DNA of 64,000 nucleotides from Eubacteriales bacterium (lineage in GTDB: Bacteria; Bacillota; Clostridia; Oscillospirales; CAG-382): positions 41,418 to 105,417 of the forward strand of contig JAZSOO010000027.1 in assembly GCA_045536935.1 (NCBI GenBank), in the 5' to 3' direction. The notes beneath the pieces are model-generated. The model searched no databases. It was not told the DNA's origin and was given only the letters and a program-made list of their open reading frames with translations. A program made the position numbers and the translations under genes. Position 1 is the stretch's first letter. Each line of letters opens with the position of its first letter. Below are positions 1 to 10,066 of the stretch, piece after piece.

Positions 1-1
1 G

Positions 2-388
2 CAAGAGCTTGCCGAAGATATCGAAAAGGTTAAGTTTTCCATCAATCCTTATAACGTAAATGCGCTCACACAAGCAACAGGTACGGCCGTTTTGGAACAA
101 AACGATTACTATAAGAAAGCTGTTGCAGAAATTTGTGAAACCCGTGATGCATTTTCGGAAGAATTAAGAAATATCGGCTTTGAAGTTATTCCTTCTAATA
201 CTAATTTTGTTTTTGCTAAACACCCCACCGTATCGGGCAAATACATAACAAATGAATTGCGTAACCGTAAAATATTAATAAGACGTTTTGATAATGAACG
301 TATTTCCGAATACATTCGTATAACGATCGGAACTCCTCAGCAAATGGAAGTTGTTGCTAAAGCGCTGAAGGAAATCATCGGAGGTTAA
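2..388 (+). CDS. hisC: histidinol-phosphate aminotransferase, C-terminal fragment (5' end upstream of window)
   Basis: Frame 2 is open from the window edge (QELAEDIEKVKFSINPYNVNALTQATGTAVLEQ...) to the stop at 386-388. The ending IRITIGTPQQMEVV is aminotransferase-like, and the gene sits directly upstream of hisB-H-A-F-IE. Confidence 0.8.
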   Translation, partial: QELAEDIEKVKFSINPYNVNALTQATGTAVLEQNDYYKKAVAEICETRDAFSEELRNIGFEVIPSNTNFVFAKHPTVSGKYITNELRNRKILIRRFDNERISEYIRITIGTPQQMEVVAKALKEIIGG

Positions 389-389
389 G

Positions 390-977
390 ATGAGAATTTC
401 TGAAATTAAAAGAACGACAAAAGAAACAGATATAAAATTAACTCTTAATATCGACGGAACCGGCAAAAGCAATATAAATACGGGTGTGGGTTTTTTTGAC
501 CATATGCTAACGTTGTTTGCTTCGCACGGTATGTTTGATCTTGACGTTGAATGTAAAGGCGATCTTGAGGTCGATGCACACCACACTGTTGAAGACGTTG
601 GAATCTGCCTTGGCAAGGCTTTTGCAGAGGCTTTGGGCGATATGAAGGGCATTAAACGTTATGCAGACAAGATAATTCCTATGGACGAATCTCTTGTGCT
701 TTCTGCAATTGACATTTCGGGCAGACCTCATCTTTCGCTCGATCTTGAAGTTCCCGCAAAAAGAGTAGGTAATTTCGATACAGAATTGGTTGGTGAATTT
801 TTCGTTTCATTCGTGCGCAATGCAAAATTGACATTACACATAAAGAAACTTGCAGGTCGCAATACGCATCATATCATTGAAGGTTGCTTTAAAGCTTTCG
901 GCAGAACCCTTGACGAAGCAACGATGATAGATCCTCGCAGAGAGGGAGTTCTTCCTTCAACAAAAGGTGTATTATAA
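390..977 (+). CDS. hisB: imidazoleglycerol-phosphate dehydratase
   Basis: 195 aa with IGPD signatures: GVGFFDHMLTLFASHG, DAHHTVEDVGI, NTHHIIEGCFKAFGR. Confidence 0.95.
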   Translation: MRISEIKRTTKETDIKLTLNIDGTGKSNINTGVGFFDHMLTLFASHGMFDLDVECKGDLEVDAHHTVEDVGICLGKAFAEALGDMKGIKRYADKIIPMDESLVLSAIDISGRPHLSLDLEVPAKRVGNFDTELVGEFFVSFVRNAKLTLHIKKLAGRNTHHIIEGCFKAFGRTLDEATMIDPRREGVLPSTKGVL

Positions 978-1585
978 TGGTTGGTATTATTGATTACGGC
1001 GTGGGAAATTTGTTTTCCCTCAAATCATCGCTTAAGTATCTTGGTATTTCCGCGGAAATAGTTAACGATAAAAAGTCAATTCAAAGCTGTGAACGTCTTA
1101 TATTACCGGGCGTTGGTGCCTTTGGCGATGCGGCAAAGGCTCTTGCCGGCAGCGGTCTTGATAAGGTCGTTATTGCTGCCGCTAACGAAGGTAAGCCGCT
1201 CTTGGGTATTTGCCTTGGTATGCAGCTTTTGTTTGAAGAGGGGCTCGAATTTGGCTCTCACAAGGGCTTGGGATTGATTCCCGGCAAGGTTGTTTCGATA
1301 AAACCTCTTGTAGGTGATAACAAAATACCTCATATCGGCTGGAATCAGTTACATATGACCGAGAATAAAGGTGGTATATACAAATATACCGATAACGGAG
1401 AGTTTGTATATTTCGTTCATTCCTTCCATGCAGAATGTCCTGAAGAATTTATTACCGCAAAGACCGATTACGGCGCAATGTTGACTGCATCGGTGCAGAA
1501 TAAAAACGTTATGGGCGCTCAGTATCACCCTGAAAAAAGCGGTGAAGCAGGACTAATGATATTAAAGTCGTTTTGTGAAATATAG
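977..1585 (+). CDS. hisH: imidazole glycerol phosphate synthase, glutamine amidotransferase subunit
   Basis: 202 aa with PGVGAFG, nucleophile motif GICLGMQLL and QYHPEKS. Its start overlaps the hisB stop (ATAATG). Confidence 0.95.
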   Translation: MVGIIDYGVGNLFSLKSSLKYLGISAEIVNDKKSIQSCERLILPGVGAFGDAAKALAGSGLDKVVIAAANEGKPLLGICLGMQLLFEEGLEFGSHKGLGLIPGKVVSIKPLVGDNKIPHIGWNQLHMTENKGGIYKYTDNGEFVYFVHSFHAECPEEFITAKTDYGAMLTASVQNKNVMGAQYHPEKSGEAGLMILKSFCEI

Positions 1586-1594
1586 GTGGATTTT

Positions 1595-2311
1595 ATGCAG
1601 ATATTACCCGCAATAGATATTTTTGATAAAAAAGCAGTTCGCCTTTTCAAAGGCGATTATGCACAAATGACGGTTTACGGTAAACCTTTGGAGATAGCAA
1701 AAGGTTTTGTCAAAAAAGGCGCAAGCTATATTCATCTTGTCGACCTTGAAGGCGCAAAAAAAGGAGAGCCTACCAATTTCGAAACCGTTTCGTCTGTTAT
1801 AACTTCGGTTGGAGTTCCTTGCGAAATCGGCGGAGGAATTAGAAATATTAAAACTGTTGAAAAATATGCAACTGTTGGTGCAGATCGAATTATTCTCGGC
1901 ACTTCGGCTGTTTCGGATAAAGCTTTCTTGAAGGAGGCGGTCGCAGAGTTTGGTAAGAAAATAGCTGTCGGTGTTGACGCACGTGACGGTATTGTTTCGA
2001 TTAGCGGTTGGACACAGCAAAGCGGTATCCCGACACTTGATTTTATCGGCGAAATGCTTTCGCTGGGTATTGATACGATAATTTGTACCGATATTTCAAA
2101 AGACGGTGCGCTTTCGGGCACAAATACCGAGCTTTATAAAACAATTCTTTCTAAATACGAATTAAAGCTTATCGCATCAGGCGGTGTTACTTCTATCAAA
2201 GACATTAAAGAGCTTCGTGCAAGCGGAGTTTACGGTGCAATAGTAGGTAAGGCTATATATACAGGAAATATCGACCTTGTCGAAGCCATAAAGGTCGGGG
2301 AGGGGAATTGA
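1595..2311 (+). CDS. hisA: ProFAR isomerase (1-(5-phosphoribosyl)-5-[(5-phosphoribosylamino)methylideneamino]imidazole-4-carboxamide isomerase)
   Basis: MQILPAIDI..., GGGIRN and ASGGV are TIM-barrel HisA motifs. I prefer ATG 1595 (AGGTGG RBS at 1584-1589) over the tracked GTG at 1586. Confidence 0.9.
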   Translation: MQILPAIDIFDKKAVRLFKGDYAQMTVYGKPLEIAKGFVKKGASYIHLVDLEGAKKGEPTNFETVSSVITSVGVPCEIGGGIRNIKTVEKYATVGADRIILGTSAVSDKAFLKEAVAEFGKKIAVGVDARDGIVSISGWTQQSGIPTLDFIGEMLSLGIDTIICTDISKDGALSGTNTELYKTILSKYELKLIASGGVTSIKDIKELRASGVYGAIVGKAIYTGNIDLVEAIKVGEGN

Positions 2312-3081
2312 TGATAACAAAAAGAATTATCCCTTGCCTTGACGTCAGAGACGGCAGAGTTGTAAAAGGAAAAAATTTCCTTGGTCTTAACGACGTTGAT
2401 TCTCCTGTGAAGCTTGCCGCTGAATATAGCGAAAGCGGAGCTGACGAGCTTGTTTTTTACGATATAACCGCTTCGTTTGAACAGCGTAAGCTTTTTGCGG
2501 ATATCTTAAGAGAATCAGCTTCAAATGTATTTATTCCTTTAACCGTTGGCGGCGGTATAAACACGATCGACGATTTCACCCGTGTTCTCGAAAGCGGTGC
2601 CGATAAGGTCAGTGTCAATTCGGGAGCAATACGGAACCCGAAGTTGATCTATGAAGGTGCAAAAAAGTTTGGCAGCCAATGTGTTGTTCTTTCTGCCGAC
2701 ATAAAGCGTGTTGAGGGTCAGTTTCGTGTTTTCGCCAAGGGCGGAAGGGAAGATACGGGCATTGAAGCTATATCGTGGCTGAAAAACGGTGTCGATTCGG
2801 GTGCCGGTGAGCTGGTTGTAAATTCGATAGATACAGACGGTGTACGTGACGGATTCGACCTTGAACTTCTTAATGAAGTTTGCTCAGCGGTAAAAATACC
2901 GGTTATTGCATCGGGCGGTGCAGGTACGGTTCAGCATTTTATAGATCTTTTCAAAAATGTTCCCGATGTTGATGCAGGTCTTGCTGCTTCTGTATTCCAT
3001 TTTGGCGATATAAAAATATGCGACCTCAAAAAAGAATTAAAATCCAATGGGATTAACGTAAGGATAGGAAAACAAAAATGA
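2308..3081 (+). CDS. hisF: imidazole glycerol phosphate synthase, cyclase subunit
   Basis: 257 aa with [23 protein letters not shown] and ASGGAG. There is a 4-nt overlap with hisA. Confidence 0.95.
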   Translation: MMITKRIIPCLDVRDGRVVKGKNFLGLNDVDSPVKLAAEYSESGADELVFYDITASFEQRKLFADILRESASNVFIPLTVGGGINTIDDFTRVLESGADKVSVNSGAIRNPKLIYEGAKKFGSQCVVLSADIKRVEGQFRVFAKGGREDTGIEAISWLKNGVDSGAGELVVNSIDTDGVRDGFDLELLNEVCSAVKIPVIASGGAGTVQHFIDLFKNVPDVDAGLAASVFHFGDIKICDLKKELKSNGINVRIGKQK

Positions 3082-3716
3082 ATTTGAACGAACTTAAATA
3101 TAATGAAAAGGGTTTGATTCCCGCTATTGTAACCGATTCACGTACTGGCAAAGTGTTGATGCTTGCGTATATGAATCAAGAAAGCCTTGAAATAACGATC
3201 AAAGAAGAACACACTTGCTTTTTCTCCCGTTCGAGAAACGAGCTTTGGAGAAAGGGGGAAACTTCCGGCAATATTCAGAAGGTTGTTTCGATTGCAACCG
3301 ATTGCGACAAGGATACGTTGTTGGTTAGCGTTATTCCTGCAGGCCCTGCGTGCCATACGGGAAGCGAAACCTGCTTCTTCAATATGATTACAGAGAATGC
3401 GGCACCCTTCACCATAGAGGGACTTATGGAGCTTATAAATGGTCGTAAAACCGATAAGAAAGAAGGCTCTTATACAACATACCTCTTTGAGAAGGGCAGA
3501 GATAAAATACTTAAAAAGGTTGGCGAAGAATCCACCGAAGTTATTATTGCGGGCAAAGCTGACGACAAAAAGGAAACTATTTACGAGCTTGCTGATTTGA
3601 TGTATCATGCTCTTGTTCTTATGGCTGATATGGAGATTTCCGTTGATGACGTGATGAAGGAACTTGCATCAAGGCATGTAATTGATAAAAAGGTCAAACA
3701 AGAAAAAATGGTTTAA
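3078..3716 (+). CDS. hisI: bifunctional phosphoribosyl-AMP cyclohydrolase / phosphoribosyl-ATP pyrophosphatase
   Basis: 212 aa. The N-terminal half is HisI-like (GLIPAIV..., [25 protein letters not shown]). The C-terminal half is HisE-like ([28 protein letters not shown]). Confidence 0.9.
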   Translation: MNLNELKYNEKGLIPAIVTDSRTGKVLMLAYMNQESLEITIKEEHTCFFSRSRNELWRKGETSGNIQKVVSIATDCDKDTLLVSVIPAGPACHTGSETCFFNMITENAAPFTIEGLMELINGRKTDKKEGSYTTYLFEKGRDKILKKVGEESTEVIIAGKADDKKETIYELADLMYHALVLMADMEISVDDVMKELASRHVIDKKVKQEKMV

Positions 3717-3749
3717 AGTATAAATTAAAAATTCAAAGGAGGTCTTGGT

Positions 3750-5114
3750 ATGAATTGTAATTATTGCGGTAAGCCGCTGAATGAGGACGATGTTTTTTGC
3801 AGTCAATGCGGTAATAAGGTAGAACCTATTGTCAACGATGAAGTTGTTCCTGAAGAAACTACCGTGCTTGCATCCGACGCACCCGTCGAAAATGCGGTAG
3901 AAGATGAAGCTTGTGAAGAGTGTATCTCTTGTGAAAGCGAAGTCGAAACCGAGTGTTTCGATTCGGAAGAAGACGAAGAAACGGGTATGCTTTCCTCCGA
4001 AACCGATGAAACAGAAGTCGTCGACGATGGCGTTTTAGACGAAACTGCAGTGTTTGTAAAAACAACCGATCCCGAAGATGAGATTTTTGAGGCCGAAGAC
4101 GAAGTTTGTGACGAGGAAACCGAAATTCCCGAAGAAACTCCTGTACAAACAGAAACTATAAAAAAGAAGCCTAAAAAGCTTGCTAAGATACATAAGCGTG
4201 GTTTCGGCGCACATTTAGGTGCTCTCGGGCTGAGTGTCCTTCTTGCGATACTCATGGTTGCAACGCTTGCTCTCTTTGTTGTGCGAAGTGCAATTACAGA
4301 GAATTCAATTAAAGAAATCTTCTCTTCGATAGAACTTGAAAAAATAACGATCGAAAGCAGCGCAGATAAAAGAGATCTTGAGGAATTGGGCATCAAATGC
4401 GATTCTGACAATGTTCTTGATATAATTTACGATAACATTGATCAAGAAGCTCTAAAAGAACCTCTTACTAAAGAGCAGTTTAGTGAGATCGTCAAGAATG
4501 ATGCTGTTTCTGAATATTTCGGCAATTTGATAGGCAAAAATCTCGAATCTGCCGTTAACGGTAAAAGCGTTTCTTTGATAACTACCGATGATATAATAGG
4601 ATTCATCGAAAAAGAAGAAGCATTGGTTACGGATATCTTGGGATATGAGCTAACCGAAGATCATAAAAACAATCTTCGTGTAACTCTTGATACAAACTTC
4701 GGTGATGCTTTCAAATCGCTTGAGATCAAAGAACTTAAAAGTGTAGTAGGCAAAGCACCTGCTATGATAATCAACGTCGTATTCTCTGATTGGCTCTTTA
4801 TAGGCTTGATCATAGTTTGTGCACTCCTGATTGTCTTGATCTTCCTTGTACTTCGTTCGTTCAGACTTGGATTTATGTATAACGGAATAACGTTGACCAT
4901 TGTCAATTTCGTATATTTGGTTTGCTCGCTTGCTCTTATGTTTGGTATTTTGGATCTTTTGCTTTCGGGCATCAATGCTGAGCTATTAACACAAGTGGTC
5001 AGCATAGTTCTTTGGGATCTTGTCATAATCACGTTCTCTGCCGTTTTTGCAGGTATAGTTATGATAGTAGTTTCAAGAATAATCAAAAAATATCTTGTTA
5101 GAAATAAGTCCTAA
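3750..5114 (+). CDS. zinc-ribbon / acidic-linker / multi-pass membrane protein, function unknown
   Basis: 454 aa. N-terminal CNYCGKPLNEDDVFCSQCGNK zinc ribbon, then ~130 aa of D/E/T-rich low complexity, then several hydrophobic helices. AGGAGG RBS at 3738-3743. Confidence 0.7.
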   Translation: MNCNYCGKPLNEDDVFCSQCGNKVEPIVNDEVVPEETTVLASDAPVENAVEDEACEECISCESEVETECFDSEEDEETGMLSSETDETEVVDDGVLDETAVFVKTTDPEDEIFEAEDEVCDEETEIPEETPVQTETIKKKPKKLAKIHKRGFGAHLGALGLSVLLAILMVATLALFVVRSAITENSIKEIFSSIELEKITIESSADKRDLEELGIKCDSDNVLDIIYDNIDQEALKEPLTKEQFSEIVKNDAVSEYFGNLIGKNLESAVNGKSVSLITTDDIIGFIEKEEALVTDILGYELTEDHKNNLRVTLDTNFGDAFKSLEIKELKSVVGKAPAMIINVVFSDWLFIGLIIVCALLIVLIFLVLRSFRLGFMYNGITLTIVNFVYLVCSLALMFGILDLLLSGINAELLTQVVSIVLWDLVIITFSAVFAGIVMIVVSRIIKKYLVRNKS

Positions 5115-5124
5115 ATAGCAAAAT

Positions 5125-5151
5125 AAAACCACCGGTCATCCGGTGGTTTTT
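5125..5151. terminator. bidirectional rho-independent terminator
   Basis: AAAACCACCGG-tcat-CCGGTGGTTTT is an 11-bp stem flanked by A/T runs. It overlaps the last codons of convergent rsmA. Confidence 0.75.
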
Positions 5152-5966
5152 ACTTTGTAAATTAAATCTGCAATTTTAGAAAAATCGTGTATATCCAATT
5201 CTTCGCCACGTACCGTTTCTGAAAAACCGTTTTCTATGAGCAGGGAAGCAAGTGTTTCTTTGGGTATAATGCTACCGAAAACGGAATTTAATGAGTTCAA
5301 AAGAGTTTTTCTTCTTTGAGAAAAAGCGGCTTTTATAACTTCAAAAAATGTTTTCTTGTCAATAGGTGAAACGGGAGGTGTTTTATGAACGTCAAACCTT
5401 ATAACGGCGCTATCAACCGTTGGTCTTGGGTCAAAAGAACCTGCCTTGACAGTAAAAAGACGCTTTACTGACGCATAATAATTGATTGAAGCGGTTACGG
5501 CACCATAAAGGGGAGTTCCTGCTTTTGCACAAAAACGTTCGGCAACTTCTTTTTGGACCATAACGGTTATCGTTTTGAATTTGTATTCGCCTTCCAAGAG
5601 TTTCATAACGATATCCGTAGTTATATAATAGGGCAGGTTTGCGCAAACACAAACGTCTTTGTCACCAAATTTTTCGGAAACAAGCTTCGGAATATCGATT
5701 TTTAAAATATCTTGGTTGATTATCTCAACGTTATCACAATCTTTAAGCTTTTCGGGCAAAATCTCCATAAGCTCGGTATCAATTTCGATAGCAACAACCT
5801 TGTCGGCAACAGCCGAAAGCTCACGTGTTAAAATGCCGAATCCGGGACCGATCTCAATAACGCAGTCATCGGGAGTTATGCCGCTTTCTGCGGCAATTCT
5901 TCTCGGGATCGCAACGTTTGTGAGGAAGTTTTGTCCGTAATGCTTTTTTTTCTTAAATTCTGCCAT
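5136..5966 (-). CDS. rsmA: 16S rRNA (adenine1518/1519-N6)-dimethyltransferase
   Basis: 276 aa with HYGQNFL near the N-terminus, SAM motif VIEIGPGFGILT and ANLPYYITT. Confidence 0.92.
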   Translation of the reverse strand: MAEFKKKKHYGQNFLTNVAIPRRIAAESGITPDDCVIEIGPGFGILTRELSAVADKVVAIEIDTELMEILPEKLKDCDNVEIINQDILKIDIPKLVSEKFGDKDVCVCANLPYYITTDIVMKLLEGEYKFKTITVMVQKEVAERFCAKAGTPLYGAVTASINYYASVKRLFTVKAGSFDPRPTVDSAVIRFDVHKTPPVSPIDKKTFFEVIKAAFSQRRKTLLNSLNSVFGSIIPKETLASLLIENGFSETVRGEELDIHDFSKIADLIYKVKTTG

Positions 5967-6523
5967 TATTCTTTATCAATTATCGTAAGGAATTTTGCGG
6001 TTTCGCTGATTGCAAACTGACCGTGCGGTATGGAGGGGAGAAAATATACAGAATCACCTGCGTTAAGCTCGATCGTTTTGTTACCAAGCGTTACGCCGAT
6101 TTTGCCTTCAAGAACATAGTTGAATTCCTGACCAGAGTGAGAAACAAGGTCAGACTTTTTGTCGGAGGATGAAAGTGTAACGATCATAGGCTCTTTGTCA
6201 CGACCGATGAAATTGTGTGCCAACGCTTCGAAGGAATAACCGGGGTATCTTTCTATCATTACACCTGCATTCTTGCGAGTTACGCAATATTCTGCCATTC
6301 TGGGCGCTTCACCTAAAAGAATTTCTGTGGGGTCAACACCGAGAACCGCTGCAACGGAATATATGATGCTTATAGGAATATCTTTTTCGCCGTTTTCGTA
6401 GGAGATATATTCATCAAGAGAAATAGAAAGTGCTTTTGCAACTTCTTCCTCGGGCATATCTAACGTATCACGAAGAAAGTTGATTCTTTGTGCTATTTGT
6501 TTTATTTGTTCGTTTACGTTCAT
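5966..6523 (-). CDS. XRE-family HTH + cupin-domain transcriptional regulator
   Basis: 185 aa. N-terminal HTH_3-like region (EEVAKALSISLDEYISYENGEKDIPISIIYSVAAVLGVDP). C-terminal cupin (HSGQEFNYVLEG...GDSVYF...PH). Confidence 0.85.
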   Translation of the reverse strand: MNVNEQIKQIAQRINFLRDTLDMPEEEVAKALSISLDEYISYENGEKDIPISIIYSVAAVLGVDPTEILLGEAPRMAEYCVTRKNAGVMIERYPGYSFEALAHNFIGRDKEPMIVTLSSSDKKSDLVSHSGQEFNYVLEGKIGVTLGNKTIELNAGDSVYFLPSIPHGQFAISETAKFLTIIDKE

Positions 6524-6599
6524 AATAGACTCTCCAAATAATTATAAACTTTTGTACGTTTGATTATAACATTAAAAGTATTTATAGTCAAGCGAGTGA

Positions 6600-7391
6600 T
6601 TATATAAAATCAATATTATCTAAAACAAGCTTTCGTCCCTTGTAAGCGAATGCGTATTTTTTGAAATCGTCATCTGAAAGAGAAAGTACAAATTCCTTAT
6701 CGATTTTCGGTATTCTTGTTTCTTTAAAGTAGGGAATGGGCGATATTTTTGCCGATTTGTTATGCGGACAAACGTTTTGACATGCATCGCAACCCCAAAC
6801 GATTTTGTGATTTTTCAGCAAAGCTTTTTCTTCGGCTGTTTTGTTTTTCTTTTGCGATATTCCCGAAAGACATTTGAACCTGTCAATGCCTTTTTCCATT
6901 ATTGCAGAGTTTGGACAAGCATCAATGCATTTTCCGCAATTATCACAAAATTCAATTTCTTGAGCGAGTTTGTCGGATTTGGCATCGGTTAAAATAGAAC
7001 CTATGAAGACGTAACTTCCGTAAATTTTATCAATAAAAAGTGAATTTTTGCCTATTACACCCAAACCGCATTTTGCTGCAGCAAGTTTTTCGTTTATGGG
7101 CGAATGGTCGCAGAAACCATAAAACTTATGTCCTGAATATTCTGAAAGTTTGTCAAGTATGCGTTCATATAGTAATTTACTGAATGTATGATAATCATAA
7201 ACACGGGCATATTCGGAAAAACCGTCGTTTGCGATCTCGGTTTGTGAACGGTAAGGGATTATAAATATAATTGCGCTGTTAATTCCGTTTGGCAATATTC
7301 TTTCGTTGATAATATCGCAGTCTGCAATATCTATCATTCCGACTCTTGATATTCCTTCGCCGTCAAGAATGCTTTTTAAATATTCTAACAT
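6600..7391 (-). CDS. queG: epoxyqueuosine reductase-like 4Fe-4S protein
   Basis: 263 aa with two ferredoxin-type clusters, CDNCGKCIDACP and WGCDACQNVCP. Overall QueG-like layout. Confidence 0.75.
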   Translation of the reverse strand: MLEYLKSILDGEGISRVGMIDIADCDIINERILPNGINSAIIFIIPYRSQTEIANDGFSEYARVYDYHTFSKLLYERILDKLSEYSGHKFYGFCDHSPINEKLAAAKCGLGVIGKNSLFIDKIYGSYVFIGSILTDAKSDKLAQEIEFCDNCGKCIDACPNSAIMEKGIDRFKCLSGISQKKNKTAEEKALLKNHKIVWGCDACQNVCPHNKSAKISPIPYFKETRIPKIDKEFVLSLSDDDFKKYAFAYKGRKLVLDNIDFI

Positions 7392-7420
7392 ATTAAACTC
7401 TCTTCATAGGTTTTTAAGAA

Positions 7421-7452
7421 AAAATGCGGACACCGTTAAGGGTCCGCATTTT
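7421..7452 (-). terminator. rho-independent terminator of the rpsF-ssb-rpsR operon
   Basis: ATGCGGAC...GTCCGCAT stem, followed on the minus strand by TTTTTT. Confidence 0.75.
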
Positions 7453-7470
7453 GTTATATACACTTGATGA

Positions 7471-7791
7471 TTAGTCAGTGATATAGGGAATAAGTGCAAG
7501 ATGTCTTGCTCTCTTAACAGCAATAGTAAGCTGTCTCTGGTGACGAGCACAGGTGCCGGTCACTCTGCGAGGAAGAATCTTAGCGCGTTCAGAAAGGCTC
7601 TTTCTGATGCGAGCGGTATCCTTATAATCGATATAGTCTACCTTATCTGCGCAGAATGCGCAAACTTTCTTTCTTCTTTTATTACGGAAGGGAGCTCTTT
7701 CACGCTGTTCATGGGGTTCTCTGGTTTCCTTAACCTCGTTCTGAGCAGGTGCAACAGCTTCTTCAGTAGCAACAATCTGTTCGTTTTCCAT
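7471..7791 (-). CDS. rpsR: 30S ribosomal protein S18 (with ~30-aa N-terminal extension)
   Basis: C-terminal 75 aa ([20 protein letters not shown]...[32 protein letters not shown]) is canonical S18. GGAGGA RBS. Confidence 0.95.
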   Translation of the reverse strand: MENEQIVATEEAVAPAQNEVKETREPHEQRERAPFRNKRRKKVCAFCADKVDYIDYKDTARIRKSLSERAKILPRRVTGTCARHQRQLTIAVKRARHLALIPYITD

Positions 7792-7813
7792 GGTTTTCCT
7801 CCTTGTAGTTTAA

Positions 7814-8245
7814 TTAGAAGGGCAATTCGTCGTCTGCGGAAAGATCCTCAAAGCCCGAATCTGCCGTGGGTGTGCTGTAAGTAGGCATAGTGTTTTGGGG
7901 CATAGGTTGACCTTGACCGTCAGCTTTACGTTCAACGAAGGTAACTTCGTCAGCTACGATTTCGGTTGAGTAATGCTTAACGTTGTTATTATCGGTCCAA
8001 TTACGGTTTTGGAGAGTTCCCGAGATAAGGATAGGTCTTCCTTTAGTAAAGAAACGGGAAACGAATTCCGCAGTTTGACGCCAAGCAACAATATCGAAGA
8101 AATCGGTTTGAGGCTGTTCGCCTGCACGGGTGAATCTTCTGTTTACAGCGATGCGAAATCTTGTTACAGAAGTTCCGTTGGGAGTAGTCTTCAATTCAGG
8201 GTCGGCAACCAAGTTACCAACAAGTATTACTCTGTTGAATGCCAT
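7814..8245 (-). CDS. ssb: single-stranded DNA-binding protein
   Basis: MAFNRVILVGNLVADPELK... OB fold, with the acidic tail ending DDELPF. Confidence 0.95.
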   Translation of the reverse strand: MAFNRVILVGNLVADPELKTTPNGTSVTRFRIAVNRRFTRAGEQPQTDFFDIVAWRQTAEFVSRFFTKGRPILISGTLQNRNWTDNNNVKHYSTEIVADEVTFVERKADGQGQPMPQNTMPTYSTPTADSGFEDLSADDELPF

Positions 8246-8278
8246 AAATTATACCTTACCTTTCAGCAGATGAGTTTT

Positions 8279-8563
8279 TTACTGTTCGCACTTTACGATG
8301 AGCGAACGAAGAATGCCGTCGGTAATGTTATAAATTCTGCTCAATTCGCTCGGGAATTCGGGAGCCGATGCGAATTTAACGAGAACGTAATAACCTTCGG
8401 TCAAATCTTCGATGGGGTACGCGAATCTTCTGTTACCCCATTCATTGATCGTTTCGACTTCTGCGTTCGATGCAATGAGCGAGGTGAACTTTTCAACGAG
8501 CGCTTTGACGGATTCTTCGCCGAGAGTGCTGTTGACAACGAAAATTGTTTCGTACTTGTTCAT
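8279..8563 (-). CDS. rpsF: 30S ribosomal protein S6
   Basis: MNKYETIFVV...WGNRRFAYPI. The start is moved to ATG 8563, which has a GGAGGTG RBS 7 nt upstream. The tracked start at 8587 has none. Confidence 0.9.
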   Translation of the reverse strand: MNKYETIFVVNSTLGEESVKALVEKFTSLIASNAEVETINEWGNRRFAYPIEDLTEGYYVLVKFASAPEFPSELSRIYNITDGILRSLIVKCEQ

Positions 8564-8694
8564 CTTTATACACCTCCTTCTGGACATTGACTCCGATGTT
8601 TCACGGAGTAAGGAGAAAACTAAAAGTTTTCAAATCTAAAATATAATACTACAAAAATTCTGTTTTGTCAACATCTTTTTGTATATTTACGGAA

Positions 8695-9813
8695 TTAGTT
8701 ATTGCCTTGGTTGTGTCTCTTCAAAAGACGGCGGATTCTTGCAACGCTGTCGAGAAGCGGAGAAATGGATTCGTCGTTGTTAAGAGTGCAAAGTATCTTT
8801 GCGATGAACTTAGACATATCGACCTGTTCAAACCAAGGACGTTTCAACAATTCTTCAGGTGCGTATGTGAGGTTCGTGGAATAGAGTCTCTTGAGCTTAC
8901 CTTCTTCGTAAAGCTTATCAAACTTTTCAAGACCGCTTGTGAAGAATGCAAAAGAAACAGCAGCATAAACGTCGCTTACGTTCTGTTTCTGGATTTCATT
9001 GATAACGTCGATCACCGATTCGCCGGAAGCGATCATATCGTCGATGATAAGAACACGCTTGCCTTCAAGGGAACCGCCGATGTATTCGTGCTGAACGATA
9101 GGGTTCTTGCCGTTGACTATTCTGGAATGGTCTCTTCTCTTATAGAACATACCAACGTCAAGGCCGAGAACGTTAGCATAGTAAATAGCTCTGTCCATTG
9201 CACCGGTATCGGGGCTGATGACGGTCATATTATCTCTGAAAATGTCGTCGCCTTCATTTTGTACAAAGCGCTTGAGGATGGAATATGTAGGATAAATATT
9301 TTCAAAGGAAGTAGAGGGGATTGCGTTATAAATGGTGGAATCGTGTGCGTCGAAGGTGAGAATGCAATCTACGCCGAGATTCTGAAGTTCTTCAAGAGCC
9401 TGAGCGCAGTCGAGGGATTCTCTGCCTTTTCTTTTGTGCTGGCGGGAAGAATAGAGAAGAGGCATAAGAACGGTTATACGGCTTGCCTTACCGCCGATAG
9501 CCGAAAGAACACGCTTGATGTCACGGAAGTGGTCATCGGGGCTCATATGGTTTTCGTAACCGAAGAGATTGTAAGTGCAACTGTAGTTGCCGATATCGCA
9601 AAGAATGTAAATATCTCTGCCTCTGACGGAATCTTTGATCCTAACTTTGCCTTCGCCGTTGCTGAAGCGTACTTCTTCGATCGGAATAATATAGCTGTCG
9701 TCGCTGTTGTCATTTCTGAGCTGTTTGATGAATTGGTTAACTTTTGCGCCGAGATTAGAGCAACTCTGAAGGACGATAAGCCCCATTTTTCCGTGATTTT
9801 GATTCTGTGCCAT
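8695..9813 (-). CDS. prs: ribose-phosphate pyrophosphokinase family protein (long form)
   Basis: PRPP-binding loop VLIIDDMIASGESV and a Prs-like N-terminal domain. Start set at ATG 9813 (AAGGAG RBS 8 nt upstream). At 372 aa it is longer than typical ~315-aa Prs. Confidence 0.7.
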   Translation of the reverse strand: MAQNQNHGKMGLIVLQSCSNLGAKVNQFIKQLRNDNSDDSYIIPIEEVRFSNGEGKVRIKDSVRGRDIYILCDIGNYSCTYNLFGYENHMSPDDHFRDIKRVLSAIGGKASRITVLMPLLYSSRQHKRKGRESLDCAQALEELQNLGVDCILTFDAHDSTIYNAIPSTSFENIYPTYSILKRFVQNEGDDIFRDNMTVISPDTGAMDRAIYYANVLGLDVGMFYKRRDHSRIVNGKNPIVQHEYIGGSLEGKRVLIIDDMIASGESVIDVINEIQKQNVSDVYAAVSFAFFTSGLEKFDKLYEEGKLKRLYSTNLTYAPEELLKRPWFEQVDMSKFIAKILCTLNNDESISPLLDSVARIRRLLKRHNQGNN

Positions 9814-9995
9814 AGTAACACTCCTTGATTTTGAAAAATTCATACACATATATTTTAGTCATAAATGTTCATTTTGTATATTGACTAATTAAACAAAATG
9901 AATATCTTTTTTTCTATCTTTTGAAGAAAAATGTCAAAATTTATATATAATATTATATTACGTAAAGATACCTGTCAAACTTTTAAAAATATTGA

Positions 9996-10024
9996 TTGAC
10001 AATAAGATGAGGATATGTTATTAT
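9996..10024 (+). promoter_or_regulatory. sigma-A-type promoter of recA
   Basis: TTGACA (9996-10001), 17-nt spacer, TATTAT (10019-10024). Confidence 0.6.
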
Positions 10025-10038
10025 AAACTGAATAAATA

Positions 10039-10052
10039 AGAACAAAAGTTCG
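10039..10052 (+). promoter_or_regulatory. LexA operator (Cheo/SOS box)
   Basis: aGAACaaaaGTTCg matches the Firmicute GAAC-N4-GTTC consensus. It lies between the -10 element and the recA RBS. Confidence 0.8.
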
Positions 10053-10066
10053 AAAAGGAGAAAATC

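Noticed and set aside
8665-9828. 387-aa ORF antisense to the PRPP-synthetase-family gene
   Set aside because: There is no recognisable domain or RBS. The minus strand carries the PRPP-binding loop and a proper RBS.
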